From an uncultured archaeon (GTDB lineage: Archaea > Thermoplasmatota > Penumbrarchaeia > JASLWR01): 64,000 nucleotides of DNA. Made by a program: the position numbers and the translations under genes. Positions 28,430-38,635 of this stretch are shown here, piece by piece (the stretch's first letter is position 1; every line of letters starts with the position of its first letter). A model generated the notes under the pieces. The model ran no database searches, was not told the origin of the DNA, and saw nothing but the letters and a program-made list of their open reading frames with translations. The stretch spans positions 247 through 64,246 of the forward strand of contig CAYFHS010000015.1 in the NCBI GenBank assembly GCA_964342815.1, read 5' to 3'.

Positions 28430-28504
28430 GTCACTGAACATTTGTCCTTCAGTTATGAGATCACCGTTGCTCATGACCTGAACGAAAATAACGGGTTTGA
28501 TATA

Positions 28505-28927
28505 ATGAACAAACGAAAGAAAGAACAGAAACAAAAGAAATATCTAAGGCAGGGAAAGGTCATCGAAAGAAAAATACAAGAAAAAATTTCCAGAAATGAA
28601 GCAAAATTACTACTTCACGTCTTGGTCTATCATTTCGACGGTTTTGCACGCCAGCAACAACTAATAAATTCTCACATGGCCACGAGATTCCACTGGGGTA
28701 ATAAAAGAACAGCCCGAGTTCTTAATACATTGGCGCAATTAGGTGTTATCGACCGCTGGAAATCGGAATCCGACAACTGGACCCTTTTCTTTCTTGTCAA
28801 GGGTTTCCTCGAAGAGTGTAGAAATAAAATCATACGGGCTGGTTTTGCCATAAAGGAAAGAATGGCGCATTGTTTTTCAGCAATCTTCTCGATAAAACTT
28901 GGAGTGAAAAATCGGACCGGAACCTGA
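28505..28927 (+). CDS. Hypothetical basic protein, possible winged-helix DNA binder
   Basis: It starts MNKRKKEQKQKKYLRQGK (the track ORF starts at TTG 28442). RTARVLNTLAQLGVIDRWKSE looks like a wHTH recognition helix plus wing. The gene follows a 480-bp AT-rich repeat-bearing region. Confidence 0.35.
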   Translation: MNKRKKEQKQKKYLRQGKVIERKIQEKISRNEAKLLLHVLVYHFDGFARQQQLINSHMATRFHWGNKRTARVLNTLAQLGVIDRWKSESDNWTLFFLVKGFLEECRNKIIRAGFAIKERMAHCFSAIFSIKLGVKNRTGT

Positions 28928-28945
28928 TTATGTCTGCAATCCATC

Positions 28946-30058
28946 TCATTTTCCAGGGAAAATATGCTTTGTTCTCAGACAGATCTTGACCAGCATGAGC
29001 ATCACCGGTACCTCGATCAATACACCCACTACGGTTGCCAGGGCAGCTCCCGAAGCAAGGCCGAACAGCATTGTGGCAGTAGCAATGGCCACTTCAAAAT
29101 GATTGGAGGCTCCGATCATGGCTGCCGGAGCGGCGTCCTCGTACGTAAGTTTCAGGAATCGGGCTGCCACGAAATATCCCAGTACAAATATGAAAACAGT
29201 TTGAATGAAGAGCGGAATTCCGATCCATAGGATAGTCAATGGATTTTCGATGATTATTTCACCCTTGAACGAAAACAGTAATACAAGTGTGACCAGAAGG
29301 GCGATTATACTTACGGGACTCAGATATTGAAGAAATCTTTCCTTGAACCATTTTTCTCCCTTGTATCCGATTATCAATTTTCTGGAAAAATAACCGGCGG
29401 CCAGGGGAAGCGCAACGTAGATGGCAACTGACAACAGTATGGTTTCCCAGGGGATGGGCATTGAATTTATATCAAGTAGAAAACCGCCCAGGAATGCATA
29501 TAATAACAGCATCATCAAGGAGTTTATGGCAACCATCACCAGCGTAAGCGCGTCATTCCCTTTGGCAAGGTAACCCCATACGAGAACCATTGCAGTGCAG
29601 GGTGCGATCCCGAGAAGAATTGCTCCTGAAACGTAGCTTCGCCAGAGTTCCACCTCCTCTCCGCTCTTCAATGTCTCGGTACCTGTGAGGAATCCTTTGA
29701 AAAGTACACCAAGAAAAAGGAAAGCTATGAGATACATGGTAAACGGTTTAATGGCCCAGTTAATAATAAGAGTCATGAGAACAGGTTTTGGAGTCTTTGC
29801 AGCCTTCACAACCCTCCCGAAATCGATCTTTACCATGATCGGATACATCATAAAGAAAAGACAGATCGCAATGGGTATCGAAACCTGATAGAGAGAAAGG
29901 GAATCCAATCCTTCGGCCATTCCCGGAGCCAAACGTCCCAGGAGGATACCTCCCCCTATACAGAACAGAACCCATATGGTGAGAAAGCGCTCGAAGAAAC
30001 CAAGTTTGTTTCCTGTAGGTTCACCATTTTCGGTATTGGCCCTCTCACCCGCACTCAT
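28946..30058 (-). CDS. acr3: Arsenite efflux permease, ACR3 family
   Basis: About 10 TM segments with [17 protein letters not shown]...YPIMVKIDF...[10 protein letters not shown]...[12 protein letters not shown]...[11 protein letters not shown], the ACR3/BART pattern. It overlaps arsR by 14 nt. Confidence 0.9.
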   Translation of the reverse strand: MSAGERANTENGEPTGNKLGFFERFLTIWVLFCIGGGILLGRLAPGMAEGLDSLSLYQVSIPIAICLFFMMYPIMVKIDFGRVVKAAKTPKPVLMTLIINWAIKPFTMYLIAFLFLGVLFKGFLTGTETLKSGEEVELWRSYVSGAILLGIAPCTAMVLVWGYLAKGNDALTLVMVAINSLMMLLLYAFLGGFLLDINSMPIPWETILLSVAIYVALPLAAGYFSRKLIIGYKGEKWFKERFLQYLSPVSIIALLVTLVLLFSFKGEIIIENPLTILWIGIPLFIQTVFIFVLGYFVAARFLKLTYEDAAPAAMIGASNHFEVAIATATMLFGLASGAALATVVGVLIEVPVMLMLVKICLRTKHIFPGK

Positions 30059-30371
30059 CGCATTTCTCCTCGTCGTTTATCCGCTTGGATAATTCATTTA
30101 TTGTGTTCAAAATATCAATTATCCCTTTATCGATAATTCTGTAGATGCTTTTCTTCCCTTCGCGCCGACTGCTAACCAGTCCACAATTTCTCAGAGCTTT
30201 AAGATGAAAAGAAACCAGGGTCTGTTCCAGATTTAATTTCTCAATTATCTCATTGACACACATTTCACGGGTACTGAGACACCAAATGATCTGTCTCCTG
30301 TTGTTATCCACTATACATTTCAGAAATCGCTCTTCATTCATATCAAGCACCACACATATGGACGAGGACAC
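30045..30371 (-). CDS. arsR: ArsR/SmtB-family transcriptional regulator
   Basis: [57 protein letters not shown] is an ArsR wHTH. It lies in an operon with acr3. Confidence 0.8.
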   Translation of the reverse strand: MSSSICVVLDMNEERFLKCIVDNNRRQIIWCLSTREMCVNEIIEKLNLEQTLVSFHLKALRNCGLVSSRREGKKSIYRIIDKGIIDILNTINELSKRINDEEKCDECG

Positions 30372-30529
30372 ATATGAATGATTGCTTATATGTATGTGTC
30401 GGTATCTTGATTTAATCCTAGAATTATATCAAGAGCGCAATTATTTCAGAAAGATGAATCTGTCATAAACCCTATAAAGTAAAAAAACACCTGTTGGCAT
30501 GTAATATGAAAAAAGAAGGTGGTGTGACA

Positions 30530-33280
30530 ATGAAGGCTTTCAGGTCTTCTATAGGCATTCTATTTCTAGCGATGATACTGGTGAGTTCCCCCTATCTTAT
30601 ACCCATTTCTGAACAGGATTTCACCGGAGCAACATACAAAAAAGGAATGATGAGATCCACAACGGTCCCTAAAGACACCAGGGATGATATCTACTCGCCA
30701 TTGACAAATCTCAGCTCGGGCGACAGCCAGGCGGAGATTAGTTTTCCCATGACCGGTGGGATCGATTCGAACAATTCCATCACACTTCCGCCTCGAATTA
30801 CAATTAACGAAGCCCGGTTCAATCTTACTAGCAAACCCCTGGAAAATGTGACCATATCACATGTACATGATTACACGGACACCATAAACAACTCAGCCTG
30901 GAAAGGAGCTTTTACCGGAACTTCCCCGGCATCCCCCCCTGCCGATTACATGGATGTCCCCTACGATGGTGTGGACTACAATAACGTGATATTTAGCGAC
31001 GATCTGTATGTGGAATGTATCCTGAGAGACGGAAAAAGCCCCTACCAGCTTTTCGAATTCACTGTAAATGAGACCAGCATCAAGGAGATCTACCTATTTT
31101 TCGAGGGACTGGGATACTACCGCGTGGGTATGGCTAATTACCATTACAACGTCACATTGTTCATATTCAATGAAAGTTTCAACCAGTGGGACAACATCGC
31201 GCAAAAGAACGAACGTCAGCCACCTGCAGGAGACTTTACCATGTCGCATATCATAAGTACCAATCACACCGATTATATAGATGATCAAAATAAATTATAT
31301 TTGATGGCTGTCGGCCCTTACGACCCATCTCCCGATACCCGGGATGAATGGTTGAGATGCGACCGGGCTTTTATAAATGTGAAAACCCTTGAGACGATCC
31401 ATCCTTCCAATATTACCCTGGACGTTGGTAACGATGGGAAATTCGAATGGGTAAAAAATAATATCTTCACGGGGGAAGTCACGATCTCTGATGATGAAGG
31501 ACTTGCCGTGTCACTCCAGCAAATAATCGACAATGGAAGTGAAATAAATGATATTGTTATACCCATTATGATAGGAAGTGGCAGCGGTGGATCGATAATT
31601 ATAGATACCCTTTTCATTTCATTTGAGAAAAAACCATTCAATCCCACCCCCATCTTAAGTAGACTGATACCATCCGATTTCCTGGAGTTCGCGGAGGATA
31701 GTGACGAAGGAGATAATTTGCTGGATCTTTCCGATTTTTTTAAAGATGACGATCAAGGTAATCTTAGCTATGAGATCATTCTCAACCACAAAGAGATAAA
31801 TGCATCCATAGACCCTGATGGAGTCCATATGGATTTCAGCTCAATTAAAGATTATTATGGGAGAAAATCCTTTCAGGTAAAGGCGTTGGATCTTGGACTG
31901 GACGGCATCAGAGATACAGAAGACGACCTTTCTAATATATCAAATATTTTCAATGTAACAGTTTATCCCACTAACGATGCACCTGTTTTGAGGAAATTGA
32001 ACAGTACCATTGTCCTTCCTGAACAAATTCAGGAGGGTTTTCGTCTGGATGTTTGGGAAGATTTACCTGCAAACTTTGTTTTTGATTGTTTCGATGTTGA
32101 TGGTGATATACTTTCCTATTCGATAATGGATCAGATTTCGTCACCCGGTAAGATCGATATGATAACCGATACTCAAAACAGGTCGATTGTTGAAATAACG
32201 ATTCATGCAACCAATGAAAATATAGGGTGGTTCAACACCAGTATAATTATATCGGACGATAATGGATCGGGCCCGTTATTCCTCAAAATAAATCTCTCAA
32301 TATTTATCCATAATACTAACGATGGTCCGGGGATCATTATGGTTGGAGAAAATATCCCTGATAATAATTTTCTGAAGTTGGATGTACCCGAAAGGAATTG
32401 GCTGAATTTCACCATTGAGGCAAGCGATCCAGACCCGGATGACCGCTTGAGCTTTTCCTGTAATCGAACCGATGGATTGGGGAATGACGACTTAGCTGGT
32501 ATGGAATTGATTCAGGATCCCGATACCATGATTGGACGCTTCAGCTTTCAAGCTGAAATAGCCCCCGGCAACTATCTGGTAAATATTTCAGTTTCTGATT
32601 TGGCTGGAGCATATGATTGGGTGAATATGAAAATAACCGTATTGGACGTCAATGAAAACCCTGTTGTCGGGATACTGGACGTACATGGGGGTGAACAAAA
32701 TCTCAGCGTTGTAATAGTCGCTAAAGGTTTCACGGACCCCGATGGAGACCCCCTAATGTACGACTGGGATCTGGGTGATGATATGGGCGAATATCTTGGA
32801 TTGGAATTGATACAAGTAAATCATACCTATAAGATATCCGGAAACTATACGGTGAAACTCGGATTAATAGACGGCAGGGGCGGATCATTGGAAGTAAATA
32901 TTACAATACAAGTCACAGCTCCTCCCGATGATATCGACGATAATGGAAACGAAATTGAGGACGATGATACATCTGGTCCTGACGACAATAATAGCAAGGA
33001 TTCGGGTGGTGTGGAGAAAAGTATTCTGGAATCCAACCTGATATGGATAGTAGGTGGGACATTACTGCTGCTCTTGGTAGTGGGGATTATCTTCATTGTA
33101 TTGGGGAGGAATAGAAAAAAGGAGGAGAATGATGATACGGAACCGTCAATCCAAAGCGACGAAACTTCTCCCCCATCCAATGAGATTTCCGGTGATGATT
33201 CATTTCAGGACGAAACTGAAAAGCCTGAAGTTATGATTAAATCCGAAAATCTTGAGTCAACGGATGAATCCGACAGCTGA
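30530..33280 (+). CDS. Type-I membrane surface protein with cadherin-like and PKD domains and an acidic cytoplasmic tail
   Basis: I placed the start at the ATG at 30530 (AAGGTGGTG upstream; signal MKAFRSSIGILFLAMILVSS). The track ORF starts at TTG 30494. TNDAPVL, NTNDGPG and VNENPVV mark cadherin-like domain borders. The PKD motif is DPDGDPLMYDWDLGDD...YTVKLGLIDGRGG. TM segment LIWIVGGTLLLLLVVGIIFIVLG plus RNRKKEEND and an acidic tail. Confidence 0.65.
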   Translation: MKAFRSSIGILFLAMILVSSPYLIPISEQDFTGATYKKGMMRSTTVPKDTRDDIYSPLTNLSSGDSQAEISFPMTGGIDSNNSITLPPRITINEARFNLTSKPLENVTISHVHDYTDTINNSAWKGAFTGTSPASPPADYMDVPYDGVDYNNVIFSDDLYVECILRDGKSPYQLFEFTVNETSIKEIYLFFEGLGYYRVGMANYHYNVTLFIFNESFNQWDNIAQKNERQPPAGDFTMSHIISTNHTDYIDDQNKLYLMAVGPYDPSPDTRDEWLRCDRAFINVKTLETIHPSNITLDVGNDGKFEWVKNNIFTGEVTISDDEGLAVSLQQIIDNGSEINDIVIPIMIGSGSGGSIIIDTLFISFEKKPFNPTPILSRLIPSDFLEFAEDSDEGDNLLDLSDFFKDDDQGNLSYEIILNHKEINASIDPDGVHMDFSSIKDYYGRKSFQVKALDLGLDGIRDTEDDLSNISNIFNVTVYPTNDAPVLRKLNSTIVLPEQIQEGFRLDVWEDLPANFVFDCFDVDGDILSYSIMDQISSPGKIDMITDTQNRSIVEITIHATNENIGWFNTSIIISDDNGSGPLFLKINLSIFIHNTNDGPGIIMVGENIPDNNFLKLDVPERNWLNFTIEASDPDPDDRLSFSCNRTDGLGNDDLAGMELIQDPDTMIGRFSFQAEIAPGNYLVNISVSDLAGAYDWVNMKITVLDVNENPVVGILDVHGGEQNLSVVIVAKGFTDPDGDPLMYDWDLGDDMGEYLGLELIQVNHTYKISGNYTVKLGLIDGRGGSLEVNITIQVTAPPDDIDDNGNEIEDDDTSGPDDNNSKDSGGVEKSILESNLIWIVGGTLLLLLVVGIIFIVLGRNRKKEENDDTEPSIQSDETSPPSNEISGDDSFQDETEKPEVMIKSENLESTDESDS

Positions 33281-33299
33281 TCGATGGTCGAGGTCGAAA

Positions 33300-34241
33300 A
33301 TGAAAAAACAGCACAGTCAGATCGGTGAAGTCAAATCGGCCATGGAATCTGATAAGCGAGCCAAGGAAGCCTATTCCGTTACAATTATTGGGATGGTTCT
33401 TAATATCATCCTGACGATACTTAAAATTATCATCGGTTTGATGGGGAAAAGCAGTGCACTAGTGGCCGACGGTTTTCATTCACTTTCCGATCTAGGCTCG
33501 GATATAGCGGTTTTACTGGGTTTTAGAGCAGCAAAAAAGCCCAGGGACGATTGTCACAATTACGGTCACGGCAAGTTCGAAACCCTCACTACCATTGTAA
33601 TCGGTCTCATGCTCCTCGGAGCCGCGGCAGGAATTATTTTATCCGCTTTGGGTAATATATTGAATGCCATGGAAGGACAGACCCTTCCAAAGCCAGGCTG
33701 GATCACTCTTGGAGTTGTAGCAATTTCCATTCTAACGAAGGAATGGATGTACCGGTATACTGTCTCGGTAGGCAAAAGGATAAACAGCAAACTGCTTATT
33801 GCAAATGCTTGGCATCATAGATCCGATTCTCTTTCCTCAATAGGGGCACTAATAGGAATTGGAGGCGCGATAATACTTGATGGAAGGTGGCGGATTCTCG
33901 ATCCCCTGGCCGCATTGATAGTTGGTCTTTTCATTGTAAAGATCGCAATAGGTCTGATAAAAGAAAGTATGGAGGAACTTCTGGAAAAATCTCTCGATGA
34001 TAAGACCGTGGATAATATAATCAAGATCGTAAAGGGAACAGAAGGGGTTGACGATCAACATAAACTGAAAACCCGCAGGGTAGGGCACTGCATTGCCATA
34101 GACGTCCATGTGATTGTGAATGCAAACCTTACTGTAGCGCAAAGTCACGATATCGCAACAAATGTCGAAAAAAATCTTAAAAAGAAATTCGGGAAGGAAA
34201 CGATCATTTCGATCCATATCGAACCTTCTCGAAGTGAGTAA
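33300..34241 (+). CDS. Cation diffusion facilitator (CDF) family metal efflux transporter
   Basis: SALVADGFHSLSDL...AWHHRSDSLSSIGALIG, 6 TM segments, and a C-terminal cytoplasmic domain (HKLKTRRVGHCIAIDVHV). The start is set at the ATG at 33300, downstream of the previous stop. Confidence 0.85.
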   Translation: MKKQHSQIGEVKSAMESDKRAKEAYSVTIIGMVLNIILTILKIIIGLMGKSSALVADGFHSLSDLGSDIAVLLGFRAAKKPRDDCHNYGHGKFETLTTIVIGLMLLGAAAGIILSALGNILNAMEGQTLPKPGWITLGVVAISILTKEWMYRYTVSVGKRINSKLLIANAWHHRSDSLSSIGALIGIGGAIILDGRWRILDPLAALIVGLFIVKIAIGLIKESMEELLEKSLDDKTVDNIIKIVKGTEGVDDQHKLKTRRVGHCIAIDVHVIVNANLTVAQSHDIATNVEKNLKKKFGKETIISIHIEPSRSE

Positions 34242-34342
34242 CAGGGTCCGGAGTTTCAAATCATGGGAATAAAGATAAATTAGATAGTAGCTCTCCAGGT
34301 CAAGCTCCAGGTGAAAAAAACACAGAAAGGAGATAGAAAATT

Positions 34343-34549
34343 ATGCCAGTAATAATATATGAAGGTCCAAAGATAAATAAGAGTCAAAGTGAAACACTTG
34401 TCAAAGGATTCACGGAAGTAGCACACAATGCCATGCCTGAGATTCCCAAAGAGGCTTTTTACGTTTTCATACGGGAGTATCCGGAGGATAAAGTTGGAGT
34501 TGGTGGATTATTGCTTCCCGATTTCCTGGCCAAAATGCGAGGTGAATGA
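34343..34549 (+). CDS. 4-oxalocrotonate tautomerase-family protein
   Basis: 68 aa starting MPVIIYEGPK (catalytic Pro-1 after Met removal), of beta-alpha-beta size. AAAGGAGA lies upstream. Confidence 0.7.
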   Translation: MPVIIYEGPKINKSQSETLVKGFTEVAHNAMPEIPKEAFYVFIREYPEDKVGVGGLLLPDFLAKMRGE

Positions 34550-34593
34550 GAATTTTTATATGGAATTTTTAAAGAGTGATCAGAGAACAGAAT

Positions 34594-36837
34594 TTATAAT
34601 ATTTTATTACCGGCTATGACGTTCTGACCTGCGGAAATCCCCCCATCGCCGTTTGGCAATCGGTTATGCAAGAGAAGTTGCAGGTTTGGATATTTTTTCA
34701 TTTCTCCCTGAATCATCCTTATAATTGGCTCGTTGTACGACACACCCCCGGTGACGCCAATATACTTTATTCCCTGGCAGGATGCATGTTCGCATGCCAC
34801 CCTCGTCATCTCCCCTACCATTGTGTAAACAAGAGAATGAGCAATGTCGCATTTCTTGATGAAATCCATTTCTTTCGGCGGCCCGTGCGAAAAGATCTGT
34901 TCGAACAGGGGAAGGGTCTCTATCACCGAACATTCCCCTCCTCTCGTAGTTTTCTCGAAATTATATTTATGCCGTCCCATGGCGAGGTACTTCTCTAGTT
35001 TCATTGCGGGCTCGCCGTCATATGTGCGGTAATGGCAGATATCGAGATATGCCGAAAGCGCATCGAGCACACGACCTGTGCTGCTTGTCAGAATGCTTTT
35101 ATTAAGCAATTTTTTAAAAATATCCATTTCGGTATCGGAATAATTGGGAAAGTCGAGGTCGCTTTCGGTAAGTTCCGAAATGGCGAAAACAAGCCTCCTT
35201 ACATCTCGTATTGCCTTTTCACCGCCCAGTAAAGGAATATTCTCGAGCTGCCCGATCCTTTTGTAATCCTCAAAGGAGGAGTCAATAATCTCGCCGCCCC
35301 ATACATTACCGTCCGGGCCGTAACCGCTGCCGTCAAGAGCCAGCGCCACCATTCTCCCGTCGATCCCGTTGTCCAGAGCCAGGGATGCAGCGTGAGCCCA
35401 GTGGTGTTGTACATCCAAAATCTCGCAGTCGAATTTCTTTCGGTATTCCTCCGCCTCGGCCCTGGTTGCGTATCGCGGGTGAAGGTCCCTTGCAACGCAA
35501 TCCAGCTCCTCGATACCCAGAAGACCGCACATGTGGTCAGTGGCTTCCTCGAGGAAAAGAAGCGTATCGTAATTTTTTGTATTACCTATATACTGCGAGA
35601 GAAATATCTTACGTCGTTTCGATAAGGCCGTCACCACGTTCTCCTCGGCTCCCAAGGAGAGGATGGTACTTGGATAGTCAACATCAATGGGTTCCGGCAC
35701 AAAGCTCCTGGATTTTCTAAGATAAAAGAGATTCTCATCAATAGTACGAATTACACTGTCATCCACCCTTTGCACTATATCCCGGTCATGCAACAAATAA
35801 CAATCGAGCCCCAGATCAAAGGAACTTTTGTTCTCGATGCATATCGGCTCGCCAGGGAGATTTGCGGAAGTGGCAACTATCCCGTCTCCGGAAAAATAAC
35901 GAAAAAGAAGAAGGTGGGCAGGTGAATAGGGCAGCATCACCCCCACTGTATCCAATCCCGGGGAGATCATTTCCATTATCTCCGATTCTACGTTTCTTTT
36001 TTTAAGTAGTACGATGGGTCTTTTGTGGGACGTCAATAATCCTTCGTCGGCGGGTGTGAGTCTCGTGTAGCTCCGTACCGCATCCATATCCCTCATCATC
36101 ACCGCGAATGCCTTTTCAGGCCTGCGGTACAATTCCCTCATCCTCGGGATAGACGCAAAATTACCACATATATGCATCCCTCCCCAGCTCTTCATCACCC
36201 CCACTTTTCCCTCATCCATATATTCTGCAAATTCCTCAAAACATCTTTCCTGGTTGGTTTCCGCAACATTTCCATCAGCATCATAGAGAATAAACTTAGG
36301 ACCGCATTCTGGACAGGCCGTGGTCTGGGCATGGAAACGTCGGTTCCCGGGATCTATATATTCATCCTGACAGTTCAAGCACATATCAAACCCGACCATA
36401 GAGGTCTTCGGCCGGTCGTAGGGGACATCCCTGATAAGTGAATACCTGGCGCCACAGTCGGTACAGTTAATGAATGGGTATAGGTATCTTCGGTCCGACT
36501 CAGAAAAAAGTTCACTAGTACAGTTGTAACAGAGAGCTGAATCCGCCGGGATCACGGATGATCTTTCACCTGTCCTCGACATAAGGATTGTGAATTTTTT
36601 GTAATCATCCATATCCACATCGTCGCTGGTCTCAGTTGTTATATTTTCGATCTTTGCGAGAGGAGGCAAATCAAGTTTCAATCGTTCGATAAATTTCTTA
36701 TGGTCACCATCCAGAACCACTTCTACATTGGATCCGTTATTCCGAACGTATCCGGAAAAGCCCATAGCAGTGGCGATATTGTAGACGCAGGGCCTGAAAC
36801 CCACGCCCTGAACGACTCCGGTCACTCGGATCCGCAT
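34594..36837 (-). CDS. hypF: [NiFe]-hydrogenase maturation carbamoyltransferase HypF
   Basis: Acylphosphatase N-terminus MRIRVTGVVQGVGFRPCVYNIA. Two zinc-finger pairs (CYNCTSEL...CTDCGARYS and CLNCQDEY...CPECGPKF). YrdC-like and Kae1-like domains follow. Confidence 0.92.
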   Translation of the reverse strand: MRIRVTGVVQGVGFRPCVYNIATAMGFSGYVRNNGSNVEVVLDGDHKKFIERLKLDLPPLAKIENITTETSDDVDMDDYKKFTILMSRTGERSSVIPADSALCYNCTSELFSESDRRYLYPFINCTDCGARYSLIRDVPYDRPKTSMVGFDMCLNCQDEYIDPGNRRFHAQTTACPECGPKFILYDADGNVAETNQERCFEEFAEYMDEGKVGVMKSWGGMHICGNFASIPRMRELYRRPEKAFAVMMRDMDAVRSYTRLTPADEGLLTSHKRPIVLLKKRNVESEIMEMISPGLDTVGVMLPYSPAHLLLFRYFSGDGIVATSANLPGEPICIENKSSFDLGLDCYLLHDRDIVQRVDDSVIRTIDENLFYLRKSRSFVPEPIDVDYPSTILSLGAEENVVTALSKRRKIFLSQYIGNTKNYDTLLFLEEATDHMCGLLGIEELDCVARDLHPRYATRAEAEEYRKKFDCEILDVQHHWAHAASLALDNGIDGRMVALALDGSGYGPDGNVWGGEIIDSSFEDYKRIGQLENIPLLGGEKAIRDVRRLVFAISELTESDLDFPNYSDTEMDIFKKLLNKSILTSSTGRVLDALSAYLDICHYRTYDGEPAMKLEKYLAMGRHKYNFEKTTRGGECSVIETLPLFEQIFSHGPPKEMDFIKKCDIAHSLVYTMVGEMTRVACEHASCQGIKYIGVTGGVSYNEPIIRMIQGEMKKYPNLQLLLHNRLPNGDGGISAGQNVIAGNKIL

Positions 36838-36860
36838 GGTGATTACCTACCAAGATGATT

Positions 36861-37529
36861 TCAGTTTCCGCCGCCGGTCAAACCCATTGCCTCCATCAGC
36901 TCTTCGATGCCGTCCCCGTGTCTGGCATCTGTTAGAATCACAGGTAAACCGGGATCCACTGCCTTGATGTCCGATAATAGTCCTTGTGGGTCCACTTCCA
37001 TGACTCCTGCAAGGTCGATCTTGTTGATTACAGCCAGATCAAGACACTGAAAGATCATTGGGTGCTTTCGTACCATGTCATCCCCTTCAGTGACAGAAAT
37101 GACCATGACCCTCATTGTTGTTCCTAATGGAAAGTCAGCAGGACACACGATATTACCCACGTTCTCTATGAAGAGAGTTTCTAGATTATTAAGGTCCATG
37201 TCATGTAGTGCGTGCTCCACCATATGGGCGTCAAGATGACATTCCTTACCGGTGTTCAGGTTGACCACGGGGAGGCCGTGAGCCCGGTACCGCCGGTAAT
37301 CATCATCCCCTGCCACGTCCCCCGCTATCACGCCGATCTTCATCTTATCGGCTAGTTTATCAGATATAGCCTCTATCAACTTCGTTTTTCCGGAACCCAC
37401 GGGGCCAAGAAAATCATAACTCTTGATATTATGTCGATCCAGATGTGCCAGATTTCCTGTGGCGATCCTTTCATTTTCCGAAAAAATATTGTTGCACAGG
37501 TCTATGGTGATTTCATGCATTACAACCAA
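36861..37529 (-). CDS. hypB: Hydrogenase nickel-incorporation GTPase HypB
   Basis: FLGPVGSGKTKLIEA is the P-loop. ENVGNIVCPADF and INKIDLA are G3/G4-like motifs. Confidence 0.9.
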   Translation of the reverse strand: MVVMHEITIDLCNNIFSENERIATGNLAHLDRHNIKSYDFLGPVGSGKTKLIEAISDKLADKMKIGVIAGDVAGDDDYRRYRAHGLPVVNLNTGKECHLDAHMVEHALHDMDLNNLETLFIENVGNIVCPADFPLGTTMRVMVISVTEGDDMVRKHPMIFQCLDLAVINKIDLAGVMEVDPQGLLSDIKAVDPGLPVILTDARHGDGIEELMEAMGLTGGGN

Positions 37530-37554
37530 CCTCTTCGTGAATCACTTTCCGCCC

Positions 37555-38631
37555 CTAGCAGATCCTCGGTATGGGATCGCCAATTGGAGCTTCCACCATT
37601 CTCTTTCCCCCGATTACGGTTTTCATAACAACCCCCCGTACGCTCCTAGTGGCAGTACCAATGATCATTGCATCCTTTCCCTCGGGTCTCCTTTTTATAG
37701 CCTCCAGAACCTCCTGAGCCAATCCGGGGACTACTCCCATGACCACCTTGCCCTCGTTACCTATCTCAAGAGGGTCAAGGCCAAGCATTTCGCAGGCACT
37801 TTGCACCCCGCTCATTATAGGAACCGCTTCCTCATGGATGAGAATACCCAGCTTGGATTTTTCCGCCATCTCGTTCAGGGTGTTTGCAAGCCCACCTCTC
37901 GTGGGATCTTTCATTCCAACGACACCTCCCACCTTAAGCGAATCCTCTATCAATTTATTAAGGGGAGCCACGTCGCTGATTATCTCCGAGCTGAATTGAT
38001 AACCTTCCCTGAAGGACAGAAGCGCTATGCCGTGATCTCCCATGGTTCCAGTAACAATTATCGAATCTCCTTCCGACAGGTTGGAATCCTGCAACCAGTT
38101 ACCTTTGAAATCCCTGTGCTCCCTCACAGTATCAAAATTGCCGTCAAGCCATTCAGACCTTCGACCGATTCCGCTGGTGTTGATGACCATCTTGTCAATA
38201 GCGCCATTCTCCACCACTTTCGTGTCCCCGGTTATTATCGGTACCTGGGCAAGCTCGCATGTTCGGGCAATACTCTCAACTATCCGTTCTAACTCCGATA
38301 TGGAATAACCGTTCTCAATGACCATCGCAAGTGACAGGGCGAGGGGGTCCGCACCCATAACAGCCACGTCGTTCACGGTACCTGCTACTGACAGGCTGCC
38401 GATATCGCCTCCAGGAAAGAAGAGGGGTTTAACAGTATGTGAATCAGTGGTAAAAACAATCCCGTCAATGACAGCCCCGTCGTCCATTGCCCCCAGCGGA
38501 ACCTCTATCTTCGAGCTTTTCATTTCATCACACAATGGCTCCAGGTGATTGAGGAATCTTGAAGATATCAATTCCTGCATCACACGACCGCCTGCTCCGT
38601 GGGAGAGCATTATTCGTTCGTCATCTACCAT
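37555..38631 (-). CDS. hypE: Hydrogenase maturation protein HypE
   Basis: I(M)LSHGAGG near the N-terminus, a PurM-like fold, and a C-terminal PRIC motif (...GDPIPRIC). Confidence 0.92.
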   Translation of the reverse strand: MVDDERIMLSHGAGGRVMQELISSRFLNHLEPLCDEMKSSKIEVPLGAMDDGAVIDGIVFTTDSHTVKPLFFPGGDIGSLSVAGTVNDVAVMGADPLALSLAMVIENGYSISELERIVESIARTCELAQVPIITGDTKVVENGAIDKMVINTSGIGRRSEWLDGNFDTVREHRDFKGNWLQDSNLSEGDSIIVTGTMGDHGIALLSFREGYQFSSEIISDVAPLNKLIEDSLKVGGVVGMKDPTRGGLANTLNEMAEKSKLGILIHEEAVPIMSGVQSACEMLGLDPLEIGNEGKVVMGVVPGLAQEVLEAIKRRPEGKDAMIIGTATRSVRGVVMKTVIGGKRMVEAPIGDPIPRIC

Positions 38632-38635
38632 GTTT

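Noticed and set aside
37423-38292. Track ORF 37423..38292 (+, 289 aa), together with similar long antisense ORFs 45379..46023 (-), 53511..54224 (+) and 34666..34998 (+)
   Set aside because: Each is antisense to a strongly supported gene (hypB/hypE, the NuoF-like/NuoG-HdrA genes, mvhA, hypF) and has no recognisable motif. These are typical shadow ORFs.
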